From contig CAWANH010000028.1 of the NCBI GenBank assembly GCA_963783375.1, positions 1,824,001-1,888,000 on the forward strand: 64,000 bases of DNA. Direction: 5' to 3'. Origin of the DNA: Candidatus Eiseniibacteriota bacterium. Lineage in GTDB: Bacteria > Eisenbacteria > RBG-16-71-46 > JABDJR01. Within the stretch, counting starts at the first letter, position 1. Each line of letters begins with the position of its first letter. This document shows positions 42,101-51,077 of this stretch, one piece after another. The notes beneath the pieces were generated by a model. The model saw only the letters and a program-made list of their open reading frames with translations. It was not told the DNA's origin and searched no databases. A program made the position numbers and the translations under genes.

Positions 42101-42360
42101 CCCGAGGAAGCATCAGTCACGAACGCGTAATCCCCGGCTACCGCGAGAGCGCGTGCGTTTCCCGGAGTGTCCACGGAACCCACTGTAGCGGGGGAGAACG
42201 GGAAGAGTCCTAGTTCGCCATCCCCGGTGTTCCAGTCGGCGGTGGTGTTCAGACTGTCCTTGAATACGGTGGTCGTGAAGTCCTCCGTGTAGGTACCCGC
42301 GAAGGCAGGGAAGGGGGCGATGCAAAGGAGCAGCGCAAGAAGTCTGATGCGATCGGCCAA
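39154..42360 (-). CDS. Secreted LVIVD-repeat beta-propeller protein with FN3-like and C-terminal FlgD-Ig sorting-like domain
   Basis: Signal peptide, about 14 L.I.D(V/I)S.P..P repeats, DVPNDQG domain, DNLAPGVP, PNP...VFDVTGRLVRTL...WDG...GVYLYRL tail. Confidence 0.88.
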   Translation of the reverse strand: MADRIRLLALLLCIAPFPAFAGTYTEDFTTTVFKDSLNTTADWNTGDGELGLFPFSPATVGSVDTPGNARALAVAGDYAFVTDASSGLQVIDVSDLTAPGIAGTYGPANNVQDVALYGDYAYLADGTPGLLVVDIADPTTPTLVGFYNPATTPDKVAVLGNLAVIGVGLSGIEVLDLSNPTSPTLLGSFNTAHLVADLFVEGSLVFVADFNSGLQIIDISNPSVPTLEGAYDTPGSAFGVFVDGNYAYVADGSAGLQIIDVTDPTSPSLVGTVDTPGSASKVVADGDRVLVADGSDGLQVVDVSNPAAPTIVQTLDTPGTAAGIETAGKHAFVADSGEGLRIIRVADAFPPVSVAGLSLTGRADGVEVSGNLLYSASSTGGLRILDVTDPAAPMEVGNYVPPGAPKVWDVSVSGDLAALAADTAGVILVDISDTSSPVPLSTHPTVGTTRTVNIAGGVAYFGAEWTGFGALDISNPGAPVLLDSLIILNGFPGDIEIDGATAFFTSGTSLYSIDITNPSGLVLLDDISVCLCSAGQIAVAGDNVFVGGYGLVLMDATNPAALSSTSVFDPGANIAGVDVTGDVAILGTSGTSLLYVLDISDPLDPGEIGVLDLPGSTARRIAVSGHHAFVGTNSNNDIQIVQFLQDESDLANNSARSVAVDGADDVILKGRVVPSETPGISWELSADDGLNFQSVVAGEWATFGASGTDLIWRSSLEYVGQSPKVTGVTAEWLNDFGEITAVGDVPNDQGRQVRVEWRRSAHDFIGDPEQIVEYAVYRKIDPGLSGPSPTLVPSSYSGLSHATAQHAATMQAAGWDFLTTVPVRVEDDYAVIVPTLADSTIASGLYVTTFMVSALTATPGVFFDSHPDSGYSVDNLAPGVPQGLAAIFSVGAVGLSWDPAPEPDFQYFRVYRSTDPGFLPGPETLVHETATTSWQDSPADPGSVFYKITALDYAGNESDPASSGSVTAVGEGSVTPTVFALRGAMPNPLRAGSRIAFDLPAEAAVSLEVFDVTGRLVRTLAREVLPVGRHEIAWDGADSSGQPAAAGVYLYRLRAGTFEATRRIVVIR

Positions 42361-42652
42361 GGATGACCCTCCAATCGATTGCCGGGATGTGAAGAGAGCG
42401 AGGTTCAGCGAGGTCCCTGAACGCGAGCAAAAAGCAGATAATTACTATAGCAAATTAGAGGTCTCAGGCAAAAGCGCCTCGCGACTCCGGTTTTCTTTGC
42501 TCGCCTATTCGGCCCTCATTCAGTCTGAGGGTCACGGTCTGTTACTCTCTGTCACACCTCGGGCCTGGAGCGGGCCACCCTTACGCATCCACTGCCTTTG
42601 CAATACATTGTCCCACAGCAATATACGGAGCTGGGCTGAATCAGGCGCTCTT

Positions 42653-42699
42653 CCTTGCCAAGGTGGTTGTCGCGGGTTCGAGTCCCGTCTTCCGCTCCA
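42653..42699 (+). repeat. att direct repeat (displaced 3' half of tRNA-Gly)
   Basis: CCTTGCCAAGGTGGTTGTCGCGGGTTCGAGTCCCGTCTTCCGCTCCA, identical to 39014-39060. Confidence 0.95.
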
Positions 42700-42705
42700 C
42701 TTCTT

Positions 42706-42734
42706 CGGGCGGCCGCCGGGCCGCCCGCTTTCTT
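42706..42734 (+). terminator. Intrinsic terminator following the displaced tRNA fragment
   Basis: CGGGCGGCC-GCCG-GGCCGCCCG 9-bp stem followed by CTTTCTT. Confidence 0.65.
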
Positions 42735-43140
42735 GGGCGGCCGGTGCCGTGTTTCCCCCCCTCGACCAGGACTGTCTCCGAAGGCCTCTCTTGAACTCCT
42801 CGAATTTCCCGGCATGCCCTTCCCGCTCGCACCAGGAACGGACGGCCTCCAGATCCACCGCCCGGTCTCGCCACGGCAACGGCCTGACTCAAGACCGATC
42901 GGTCGTTCCAGTGGAGGCCGCCGACGCCCGCCCGGCATTTCTCCTCCCGCCCTCCAAATCCGAGGCCCGGACGGTGCAGCCTGAAGGCGGATGGTGTAGC
43001 CTCGCCGCGATCGAATCGGGAAGGCCCGGTTCCCCCCGCCGCGCGGGGGCCGGGCCGCGGGGAGTCGTGGCGAGGGTTGCGCTCCGGCGCCCCGCATCCC
43101 GCCGGACCATGCACGGAGACCTTCGGGTCGGGGAGGGTCC

Positions 43141-44304
43141 ATGCCCAGGAACGCCTTCAGGACGGCGGTGGTGACGGCGGTCCTCGCCGCCTCGGCGCTC
43201 ATCGCGCGAAACGCCTACACCATACCGCGCTATTCCGCCCGCTACGGCCAGGAGTGCAGCCTCTGCCACATGAACCCCACCGGGGGGGGCGAGCGCTCGC
43301 TCTACGCCAGCCAGTACCTCGTCCCCAAGGAGATGGCGGTGGTGAAGCTGGACGAGGAGGCCCGGAAGAAGATCGACCCCCAGCTCAGCCGCACCATCAC
43401 CGCCGGGGTGGACCTCCGCACGTTCTTCTTCCGGTCGAACAGCGAAACGCCGAACCTGGCCTTCGACACCCAGGACTTCATGCAGATGGAGGGAAACCTC
43501 TACCTCCACCTCCAGCTCGACGACCGGTTCTCCGCCTACATGTCCCGCGGGATGTCGGGGGAGTACGAGGTCTTCGGCATGGGCTACATCCTGCCCCTGA
43601 ACGGCTACGTCAAGGTGGGGCGGTTCATGCCCGCCTACGGCTGGCGGTTCGCCGACCACACCTCCTTCGTCCGGGAGCTCATGGGCTTCTTCCCTCCCAC
43701 CCACACCGACGTGGGGATGGAGGTGGGGGTTCATCCCGGGCGGGGAGCGGTGAGCCTGGCCCTTCTGAACGGCGCCCGGGGTTCCATTCAGGACGGCGAC
43801 AAGAACCTGGCCGTGGTGGGCCGGGCCTCCTACCGGTGGACGATGGGGACGGCCCAGGCCGCGCTGGGGGGCTCGTTCTACCGCAACCGGAAGGATTTCC
43901 TGAACACCCGGTACCAGTTGGGGGTGGGCGGCACCGACCGGACCGCGGGAGGGGGGTTCGGGTACCTGAGCGCCGGACCCGTCACCTGGGTGGGGGAGGC
44001 GGACGTGTCCCGGAACACCTTCCCGGGCCCGGCCGACAGCACGCGCACCTACTGGTTCACCACCCACGAGCTGACCTGGGACTTCATCCAGGGGGCGGAT
44101 CTCCGGGGGACCTTCGACTACCTGGACCCCGACACCGACCAGGACCTCCCCACCTACTCGCGGTACGGAATCGGGGCCGAGGTGATGCCGTATCCCTTCG
44201 TGAAGGTGACCGGGATGGTGAACTTCTGGCGGAGCAAGCCGGCGGCGGGGATGGCCAAGAACGACTACACCCAGGGGGAGCTGCAGGTCCATTTCTTCTA
44301 TTGA
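43141..44304 (+). CDS. Monoheme cytochrome c - outer-membrane beta-barrel fusion (Cyc2-like architecture)
   Basis: Signal peptide, IPRYSARYGQECSLCH immediately after cleavage, amphipathic beta strands, C-terminal ELQVHFFY. Confidence 0.75.
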   Translation: MPRNAFRTAVVTAVLAASALIARNAYTIPRYSARYGQECSLCHMNPTGGGERSLYASQYLVPKEMAVVKLDEEARKKIDPQLSRTITAGVDLRTFFFRSNSETPNLAFDTQDFMQMEGNLYLHLQLDDRFSAYMSRGMSGEYEVFGMGYILPLNGYVKVGRFMPAYGWRFADHTSFVRELMGFFPPTHTDVGMEVGVHPGRGAVSLALLNGARGSIQDGDKNLAVVGRASYRWTMGTAQAALGGSFYRNRKDFLNTRYQLGVGGTDRTAGGGFGYLSAGPVTWVGEADVSRNTFPGPADSTRTYWFTTHELTWDFIQGADLRGTFDYLDPDTDQDLPTYSRYGIGAEVMPYPFVKVTGMVNFWRSKPAAGMAKNDYTQGELQVHFFY

Positions 44305-44379
44305 GCCGGCGCCGACCCGGTCCGCCCGCCCCGCGGAACCGGCCGGGTGGGCGACCGGGGGCCGAGAAAGGAACCCACG

Positions 44380-44982
44380 ATGAAAGCCGTGACCCTGGTG
44401 GCGCCGATCCTGGCCGCCGCCGTTCTCGGAGCGGGAAGCGCTTCCGCCGCCCGGTATCGGATCGCTCCCGGCGGGAAGAACCGGGTGACCTTCGTCTCCA
44501 AGGCCACCATGGAGACCTTCGACGGGCACACCGACCAGGTCACGGGGACGGTGGAGTTCGATCCGGCCGCCCTCGCCGACAGCGCCCGGGTCCACGTGGA
44601 GGTGGACCTGGCCAGCCTCGACACCGGGATCGAGCTTCGGAACCGCCACATGCGGCAAAACCACCTCGAGACCGACACGTACCCCAAGGCGGTATTCGAC
44701 GGGGGACGGATCCTCGAGCCCTCGGCGGGAGCCCTCGGCGCCGGGGCGGCGGTGACCTTCGCCCTGGCCGGGAGCCTCACCGTGCACGGGGTCACCCGCC
44801 CGGCCGAGGTTCCGGTCCGGGTCTCCCGGGACACGGTGGACGGGAAGGATGTCCTTCACATAACGACCTCGTTTCCCCTTTCCCTCGCCGACTACGGCAT
44901 CGACCGGCCCCGGTTCCTGGTCCTGAAGCTCAGCGACCGGCAGGAGATCCGCCTCGATCTCACCGCCGTGTCCGTCCCCTGA
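44380..44982 (+). CDS. YceI family periplasmic lipid/polyisoprenoid-binding protein
   Basis: Signal peptide, SLDTGIELRNRHM, LET..YP, GSLTVHGVTR, DYGI. Confidence 0.9.
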   Translation: MKAVTLVAPILAAAVLGAGSASAARYRIAPGGKNRVTFVSKATMETFDGHTDQVTGTVEFDPAALADSARVHVEVDLASLDTGIELRNRHMRQNHLETDTYPKAVFDGGRILEPSAGALGAGAAVTFALAGSLTVHGVTRPAEVPVRVSRDTVDGKDVLHITTSFPLSLADYGIDRPRFLVLKLSDRQEIRLDLTAVSVP

Positions 44983-45083
44983 CCCCGGACCCCCGCGCGC
45001 CCTCGGCGGAGGGAATCCGGGCCGGCAATGGTGTATCCTCCCCCGGGGATAGGAATTCAGGAGGGTGGGACGCGGTGGGCGCC

Positions 45084-45878
45084 ATGACACATCTTCAAAG
45101 ACCGGAGTTCAAGGTACGGGCGCTCCTCATCGGGGAGCACATCGATCTCCGCGCGCTCGAAGCCACCGAGCGGCTGTCCGCATCGCCCCTCACCGTGGCG
45201 GTGAGCGGGGGCGGGGTGGCCGTCCTCTTCCGCTACGGCGTCATTTCGTTTTTCGACGTCGCCCCCATGGAGGAGGCCGCATTCCTGACCGGGCTCAAGC
45301 CCCTGGTGGGCGGGGCCCTGGACCGTCCGGAAACCGAATCCCTGGAGATCCGGATCGACCCTTCGGCGGTGGAGGGGATCAAGGGGAACGCCGTCGCGCT
45401 CCTGGACGCCGAGGTGCCCCGGCTCCAGGTGGTGGCCGACGTCCTGGGCAAGAGCGTGATCCTCGCCTACTACGAGACCAAGGTCAGCCGCTCCTTCGAT
45501 CGCATCGAGCCCTTCGCCCAGAGCCTGGAGCGCAAGGGGAGCGGCACCCGCCAGGGGAAGGCCCTGCTCCGGATGCTGGGCGGGGCGCTCTTGAGCGAGG
45601 AGAGGATGGTGGGACGGGTGGAGGTGGGCGACAAGCCGGAGATCCTCTGGTCCCGGCCCGACCTGGAGAGTCTCTATGTGCGGTTGGAGAAGGAGTTCGA
45701 GATCCGCGAGCGGCACCAGGTCCTGGTCCGGAAACTCGAGCTCATCTCCCGCACCGCCCAGACCGTCCTCGAACTGCTCCAGAACAACCGTACGCTCCGG
45801 GTGGAGTGGTACATCGTGATCCTCATCGTGGTGGAGATCCTGGTGAGCCTCTACGGGATGTTCTTCCACGGCGGTTGA
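45084..45878 (+). CDS. RMD1 family (DUF155) protein
   Basis: LFRYGV, LGKSVIL.YYE, DKPEILW, EFEIRER, RVEWYIVILI. Confidence 0.85.
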   Translation: MTHLQRPEFKVRALLIGEHIDLRALEATERLSASPLTVAVSGGGVAVLFRYGVISFFDVAPMEEAAFLTGLKPLVGGALDRPETESLEIRIDPSAVEGIKGNAVALLDAEVPRLQVVADVLGKSVILAYYETKVSRSFDRIEPFAQSLERKGSGTRQGKALLRMLGGALLSEERMVGRVEVGDKPEILWSRPDLESLYVRLEKEFEIRERHQVLVRKLELISRTAQTVLELLQNNRTLRVEWYIVILIVVEILVSLYGMFFHGG

Positions 45879-45912
45879 TCGGACGCATTGCGCGTCCGTC
45901 GGGAGGCGAGTC

Positions 45913-46785
45913 ATGAAACGGATCCTGGCGGCCGGTATCCTCGTCCTGGCGCTGGCGGGTTGCCGGAAGGAGAACCCCATGGCCGACAACGTCCAGAGCC
46001 TGGTCGACGCCGAGCGGGGGTTCGCCCGGAACGCGATCGCCCTCGGCATGCAGACCGCGTTCATGAATGCCCTGGCCGACGACGGGGTGGTCTTCCGGCC
46101 CTACGCGGTGAACGGGAAGGAGTTCTACCGGGACCGCGAGGATCCCGAGGGTGACTTGATCTGGGCCCCGGAACGGGCCGAGGTCTCGACCGCCGGCGAT
46201 CTCGGCTACACCACCGGCCCCTGGGAGTTCCGCCGCGGCGGAACCGAGGGCGAGGTGCTGGCCACCGGCCGCTACATCTCGGTGTGGACCCGCGGGAAGG
46301 ACGGGGTCTGGCGCCTGGCCGCGGACATCGGCACCTCGGGTCCGGCGGGCGGGGCGATGCCGGACAGCGTGGACGTGACCGGGCCATCCCGCCGCGCTTC
46401 GGTCCCCTCATCCGAGGCCTCGCTGGAAGCCCTCCACGCCCTGGACCGGCAGATCTCCTCCGCCGCCTACAGCCGGGGGACCGCGGCCGCCCTGGAACCC
46501 CTGGGGGCCGCCGATCTCCAGGTCTACCGGAACGATCGCGACCCCGCCCTCGGCCGGGGAGACGCGTTGATCGCCCTCACCGCTCTCGACGAGAAGATCG
46601 GTTACGACCCGGAGGGCGGCGGGATCGCCGCGTCCGGTGATTTCGGCTTCACCTACGGGCGCACCACCCGGGCTCCGAGCGCCCCGGGGGAGGCGGGTCC
46701 GGAGGGAAGCTATCTCCGGATCTTCAGGGCCGACTCCGATCACCGGTGGACGGTGGCCCTGGACGTGGCGGTTCCGGGGGACTGA
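45913..46785 (+). CDS. Lipoprotein with tandem NTF2-like (DUF4440) domains
   Basis: Lipobox LAGC; duplicated AGDLGYTTG / SGDFGFTYG and Y.SVW / YLRIF motifs. Confidence 0.8.
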   Translation: MKRILAAGILVLALAGCRKENPMADNVQSLVDAERGFARNAIALGMQTAFMNALADDGVVFRPYAVNGKEFYRDREDPEGDLIWAPERAEVSTAGDLGYTTGPWEFRRGGTEGEVLATGRYISVWTRGKDGVWRLAADIGTSGPAGGAMPDSVDVTGPSRRASVPSSEASLEALHALDRQISSAAYSRGTAAALEPLGAADLQVYRNDRDPALGRGDALIALTALDEKIGYDPEGGGIAASGDFGFTYGRTTRAPSAPGEAGPEGSYLRIFRADSDHRWTVALDVAVPGD

Positions 46786-47053
46786 TCGCTTCCGGGCGCC
46801 GCGGGAGCGGGATGCGGCGACCCCGCGCAGGCCCCGGCTGGCGGGTTTTCGGTCGTGGCGTTAAGGTTGGAGGACTGAACCGGGGGCCCCGACGGTAGTC
46901 ACCAGCGTGGCGGGGCGGAGCCCGGCATTCCTTATCCGATCGCATTTTGTCCGGGATACCGGCGGCCGACCCGGCGGTTCCGCGCCACACCTGAAACAAT
47001 CGGCTCCGCGGAACGGACCGGCTGCGATCGCGGGGTCTCCAAGGCGGTAAACC

Positions 47054-47821
47054 ATGGCACGTTTATTTTCCATCAAATCGTGGGCCTTTATACTGGTTTC
47101 GGCGCTCCTGGCCGGCGGAACGGCTCCGGCCCGGGCCGACGACAAGCCCCCCTCCGACCGCGAGCTCGCCACCGCCGTCCGGCGACAGCTCCTGAAGCAC
47201 GGAATCGAGGCCGGCGACAACGTCACCGTGACGGTGGCGGACTCGGTGATCACCCTGGAGGGCGCCGTTTCCACCCTGGCCGAACGGATGCAGGCGGTGC
47301 GGGACGCCCGCGAAGCCGAGGAGCGCTACCGGGTGGTGGACCGCCTTGCGGTGGCCCCGTCCGGTCTCAGCGACGTCCAGATGGAGCAGCGGATCACCGA
47401 CCGGATCCAGAGCTTCGTCTTCTACAACATCTTCGATTGGGTGGCGCCCGAGGTGAAGTCGGGGACGGCGACCCTCACCGGTTGGGTGGTGGAACCCTGG
47501 CACCAGGGCCAGTACGTGAAGCTGGCGGCCCGGGTTCCGGGGGTCACGGCGATCAAGAACGAGATCCGGGTCCTCCCGGTCTCGGTGTACGACGACCAGA
47601 TCCGGCGCGAGGCGGCGCGCGAGATCTACGACGACCCCCTCCTCCAGGGCTATGCCTACGACATCAGCAAACCGGTCCACATCATCGTGGACAGCGGACG
47701 GGTGACCCTCCTGGGGTGGGTGGGTTCGGAGGCGGAGAAAGCCTGGGCGGCGAGCCTGGTCGAGTTCCACACCGACGCGGTGGACGTGGTCAACGATCTG
47801 GTGGTGAAATCGAAGTCGTAG
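47054..47821 (+). CDS. Periplasmic BON-domain protein (three BON domains)
   Basis: Signal peptide; ITLEGAV, ATLTGWV..VPGVTAIKNEI, IIVDSGRVTLLG..VVNDL. Confidence 0.85.
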   Translation: MARLFSIKSWAFILVSALLAGGTAPARADDKPPSDRELATAVRRQLLKHGIEAGDNVTVTVADSVITLEGAVSTLAERMQAVRDAREAEERYRVVDRLAVAPSGLSDVQMEQRITDRIQSFVFYNIFDWVAPEVKSGTATLTGWVVEPWHQGQYVKLAARVPGVTAIKNEIRVLPVSVYDDQIRREAAREIYDDPLLQGYAYDISKPVHIIVDSGRVTLLGWVGSEAEKAWAASLVEFHTDAVDVVNDLVVKSKS

Positions 47822-47894
47822 ATCGTTCCTGGATTCCCCCGGCGCGGGAATCGGAATCGGCGCCCGTGACGGTATTCCAAAAGGAGACCAAGCG

Positions 47895-49310
47895 ATGGCG
47901 GAAGCCAAACAACACATCGGGATGATCGGGCTGGGGGTCATGGGGAGGAACTTCCTCCTGAACCTGGCCGACCACGGCTTCTCCGCCGCCGGTTACGACA
48001 AGGACGCGGAGAAGGTGAAGGCGCTCCGGGAGGAAGGGAAGGAGAAGGCGGTGAAAGGGGCGGATGGCGTGGAGGAGTTCCTGGGGCTCCTCGAGCGGCC
48101 CCGGGCGGTCATGCTCCTGGTGCCGGCGGGAAAGATCGTGGACTCGGTCATCGACGAACTGGTGCCGCACCTGGATGACGGTGATCTCATCATCGACGGC
48201 GGGAACTCCCGCTTCACCGACACCGACCGGCGCGCGGAGGCCCTCGCCGCGAAGAAACTGGGCTTTCTGGGGGTGGGAATCTCCGGCGGGGAGAAGGGAG
48301 CGCGCTTCGGTCCCAGCATGATGCCGGGCGGGCCCCCGGAGGTCTACGAGCGCGTGCGGGAGATGTTCGAGGCCGCCTCGGCCACGGTCGATGGCCAGCC
48401 CTGCGTGACCTGGCTCGGCCCGGGTTCCGCCGGGCACTACGTGAAGATGGTTCACAACGGGATCGAGTACGGCCTCATCCAGCTCCTGGCCGAATCCTAC
48501 GATCTCATGAAGCGGGGCCTGGGGCTCGACAACGACGAGCTTCACGACGTCTACGCCGACTGGAACGAGGGCGAACTGGCCGGATTCCTGATGGAGATCA
48601 CCGCGGACATCTTCCTGAAGCCGGACGACCGGGCCGACGGGCGCCTGATCGACGCGATCAAGGACCAGGCCAAGCAGAAGGGGACGGGGAAGTGGACCTC
48701 CCAGGACGCCATGGACCTTCAGGCGCCGGTCCCCACCATCGACGCCGCGGTGGCCTGGCGCGACCTCTCGGCGTTCAAGGAGGAGCGGGTCCAGGCCGGG
48801 GAGACCATGCGGGGTCCCGCCGCCGAATTCGACGGCGATCGAAAGGCGTTCCTGGCCCGTCTCCGCGAGGCGATGTACGCGGCCATGGTCGCCACCTACG
48901 CCCAGGGGCTGGCCCAGCTCCGGGTGGCCTCGAAGGCCTACGGGTACGACCTCGACCTGGAAGCGGTGGCCCGGATCTGGCGCGGCGGCTGCATCATCCG
49001 GGCCGCTCTCCTGGAGGACGTCCGAAGCGCCATGAAGGGTCGACCCGACCTTCCCAACCTGCTCCTCGATCCCGGATTTCAGGAAAGGCTGGCCGGGCGA
49101 ACCCCCGGGCTCAGGGAAGTGGTGCGGACCGCGGCGGACATCGGGCTTCCCGTGCCCGCCCTCATGGCGTCCCTGGCCTACATGGACGGATACCGGAGCG
49201 CCTGGAGCCCGGCCAACCTGATCCAGGCCCAGCGGGACTACTTCGGCTCCCACAGCTACGAGCGCGTCGACGCCGAAGGCGTCTTCCATACGCGGTGGCA
49301 GGAAGGCTGA
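47895..49310 (+). CDS. gndA: 6-phosphogluconate dehydrogenase, NADP-dependent
   Basis: [55 protein letters not shown]. Confidence 0.97.
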   Translation: MAEAKQHIGMIGLGVMGRNFLLNLADHGFSAAGYDKDAEKVKALREEGKEKAVKGADGVEEFLGLLERPRAVMLLVPAGKIVDSVIDELVPHLDDGDLIIDGGNSRFTDTDRRAEALAAKKLGFLGVGISGGEKGARFGPSMMPGGPPEVYERVREMFEAASATVDGQPCVTWLGPGSAGHYVKMVHNGIEYGLIQLLAESYDLMKRGLGLDNDELHDVYADWNEGELAGFLMEITADIFLKPDDRADGRLIDAIKDQAKQKGTGKWTSQDAMDLQAPVPTIDAAVAWRDLSAFKEERVQAGETMRGPAAEFDGDRKAFLARLREAMYAAMVATYAQGLAQLRVASKAYGYDLDLEAVARIWRGGCIIRAALLEDVRSAMKGRPDLPNLLLDPGFQERLAGRTPGLREVVRTAADIGLPVPALMASLAYMDGYRSAWSPANLIQAQRDYFGSHSYERVDAEGVFHTRWQEG

Positions 49311-49365
49311 ACGCGGCCGGGGCCATCCGCGGCGCCTCGAGCGTCCGCGCCCAGGAGGATTCATC

Positions 49366-50907
49366 ATGGACGACCCGGTCGAGTTCGGCCCCACCATCCT
49401 GACCATTTTCGGGGCCGCGGGAGACCTCACCTGGCGGAAGCTGGTGCCCGCCCTCTACAACCTGTTCCTGGATCGCCGCCTCCCCGGGCGGTTCGCGATG
49501 ATCGGCGTGGACGGGCGATCCATGAAGGACGGCGAGCTGAGCCGGCGCCTGAAGGAGGGCGTGAACCGCTTCTCGCGCCGGGGAAAGGTGGAGACGGAGA
49601 GGTGGGAGGAGTTTTCGAAGTCCCTCACCCAGCTGGTCATCGGCGACTTCGAAGGTGAGGACCTCTATGCGAACCTGGTCGAGGCCATCGCCGGCATTGA
49701 AGCCGGGTGGGGAAAGCCCGCCGACCACGTGTTCTACCTCGCCACCCCGCCGGCCATGGTGGAGACGATCGTCGAACATCTCGGAGCGGCGGGATTGGCC
49801 CGGCGCCGGGAGCGGTCCCGGGTGGTGGTGGAGAAGCCGTTCGGTCACGACCTTCAGAGCGCGCGCGACCTGAACCGCCGGATCAACCAGGTCTTCCACG
49901 AGCCCCAGATCTTCCGCATCGATCACTACCTGGGGAAGGAGACCGTCCAGAACATCCTGGCCTTCCGGTTCGCCAACGCGCTCTTCGAGCCGCTCTGGGA
50001 CCGCCGGAGCATCGACCACGTGCAGATCACCGTGGCCGAGGAGGTGGGGGTCGAGCATCGGGGGAGCTATTACGACCGGGCGGGGGCGCTCCGGGACATG
50101 GTCCAGAATCACCTGTTCCAGGTCCTCTGCCTGGTGGCGATGGAGGCCCCGGTCTCCTTCTCCGCCGACGAGATCCGCGCCAAGAAGGTGGACGTGCTCC
50201 ATGCGGTGCGCCGCATCCGGCCCGAGGAGGTTCACGAGCTGGCGATACGGGGGCAGTACGGATCGGGTTGGATCCGCGGACGGAAGGTCCCCGGCTACCG
50301 CGCCGAGGACGGCGTGGATCCGGACTCGGTCACCGAGAGCTTCGTCGCGCTCAAGATCATGGTCGACAACTGGCGCTGGCAGGGGGTGCCCTTCTACCTC
50401 CGCACCGGGAAGCGGCTCCCCGCCAAGGTGTCCGAGGTTTCGGTGCAGTTCCGGCCGGTCCCCCACCAGGCGTTTCCCGCCTCCTCCCTCGAGGACTGGC
50501 AGCCCAACCGCCTGGTCATCCGGATCCAGCCCGACGAGGGGATCCTGCTCCGGATCCAGGCCAAGCGCCCGGGGCTGGACCTCCGGCTGAGCCCGGTGGA
50601 CATGCACTTCAAGTACAAGGAGGCGTTCCGGGCCTCGCCCCCCGAAGCCTACGAGACCCTGCTCCAGGACGTGATGCAGGGCGACGCCACCCTCTTCATG
50701 CGCGCGGACCAGGTCGAGGCGGCGTGGGCGGCGATCGCCCCGGTGCTCGAGGTGTGGGAAGCGGCCCCCCCGGTGGAGTTCCCGGACTACGCGGCGGGAC
50801 GCTGGGGCCCCGAGGCGGCGGAGGAACTGGTGGCGAGGGACGGGCGGAGCTGGATCCTGCCCACGGTGATCGAGGAGCGGAAAGAAGAGAAGCTCCGCGA
50901 GGGTTGA
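49366..50907 (+). CDS. zwf: Glucose-6-phosphate 1-dehydrogenase
   Basis: [40 protein letters not shown]. Confidence 0.97.
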   Translation: MDDPVEFGPTILTIFGAAGDLTWRKLVPALYNLFLDRRLPGRFAMIGVDGRSMKDGELSRRLKEGVNRFSRRGKVETERWEEFSKSLTQLVIGDFEGEDLYANLVEAIAGIEAGWGKPADHVFYLATPPAMVETIVEHLGAAGLARRRERSRVVVEKPFGHDLQSARDLNRRINQVFHEPQIFRIDHYLGKETVQNILAFRFANALFEPLWDRRSIDHVQITVAEEVGVEHRGSYYDRAGALRDMVQNHLFQVLCLVAMEAPVSFSADEIRAKKVDVLHAVRRIRPEEVHELAIRGQYGSGWIRGRKVPGYRAEDGVDPDSVTESFVALKIMVDNWRWQGVPFYLRTGKRLPAKVSEVSVQFRPVPHQAFPASSLEDWQPNRLVIRIQPDEGILLRIQAKRPGLDLRLSPVDMHFKYKEAFRASPPEAYETLLQDVMQGDATLFMRADQVEAAWAAIAPVLEVWEAAPPVEFPDYAAGRWGPEAAEELVARDGRSWILPTVIEERKEEKLREG

Positions 50908-51077
50908 GCCGGCCCGCGGCCGAAAATCCGACTCTCCATATCCGGTTTCAATGATTGGAAAACACTTATCGATCCTGATGTCGGGTAGTCCCTCCGGCAT
51001 AAGAGGACTATTCTGCTCGCCAAACTTCGGAAACGTCCCCGTGGCGGTCTTGGGTCATGCAGGGAAAGGGGTGGGCC

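Larger units (their letters stand above)
39014..42699. mobile_element. Integrase-less mini genomic island inserted in tRNA-Gly
   Basis: Perfect 47-bp direct repeat of the tRNA 3' half (39014-39060 and 42653-42699); interior visibly less GC-biased than the flanks; single cargo gene. Confidence 0.85.

Noticed and set aside
42653-42699. Second tRNA-Gly gene
   Set aside because: It lacks the 5' acceptor strand and D-arm; it is the att duplication.
43077-45083. 933-aa ORF as one protein
   Set aside because: The real RMD1 CDS begins at 45084; the upstream part is an alternate frame over the cytochrome-porin and yceI genes.
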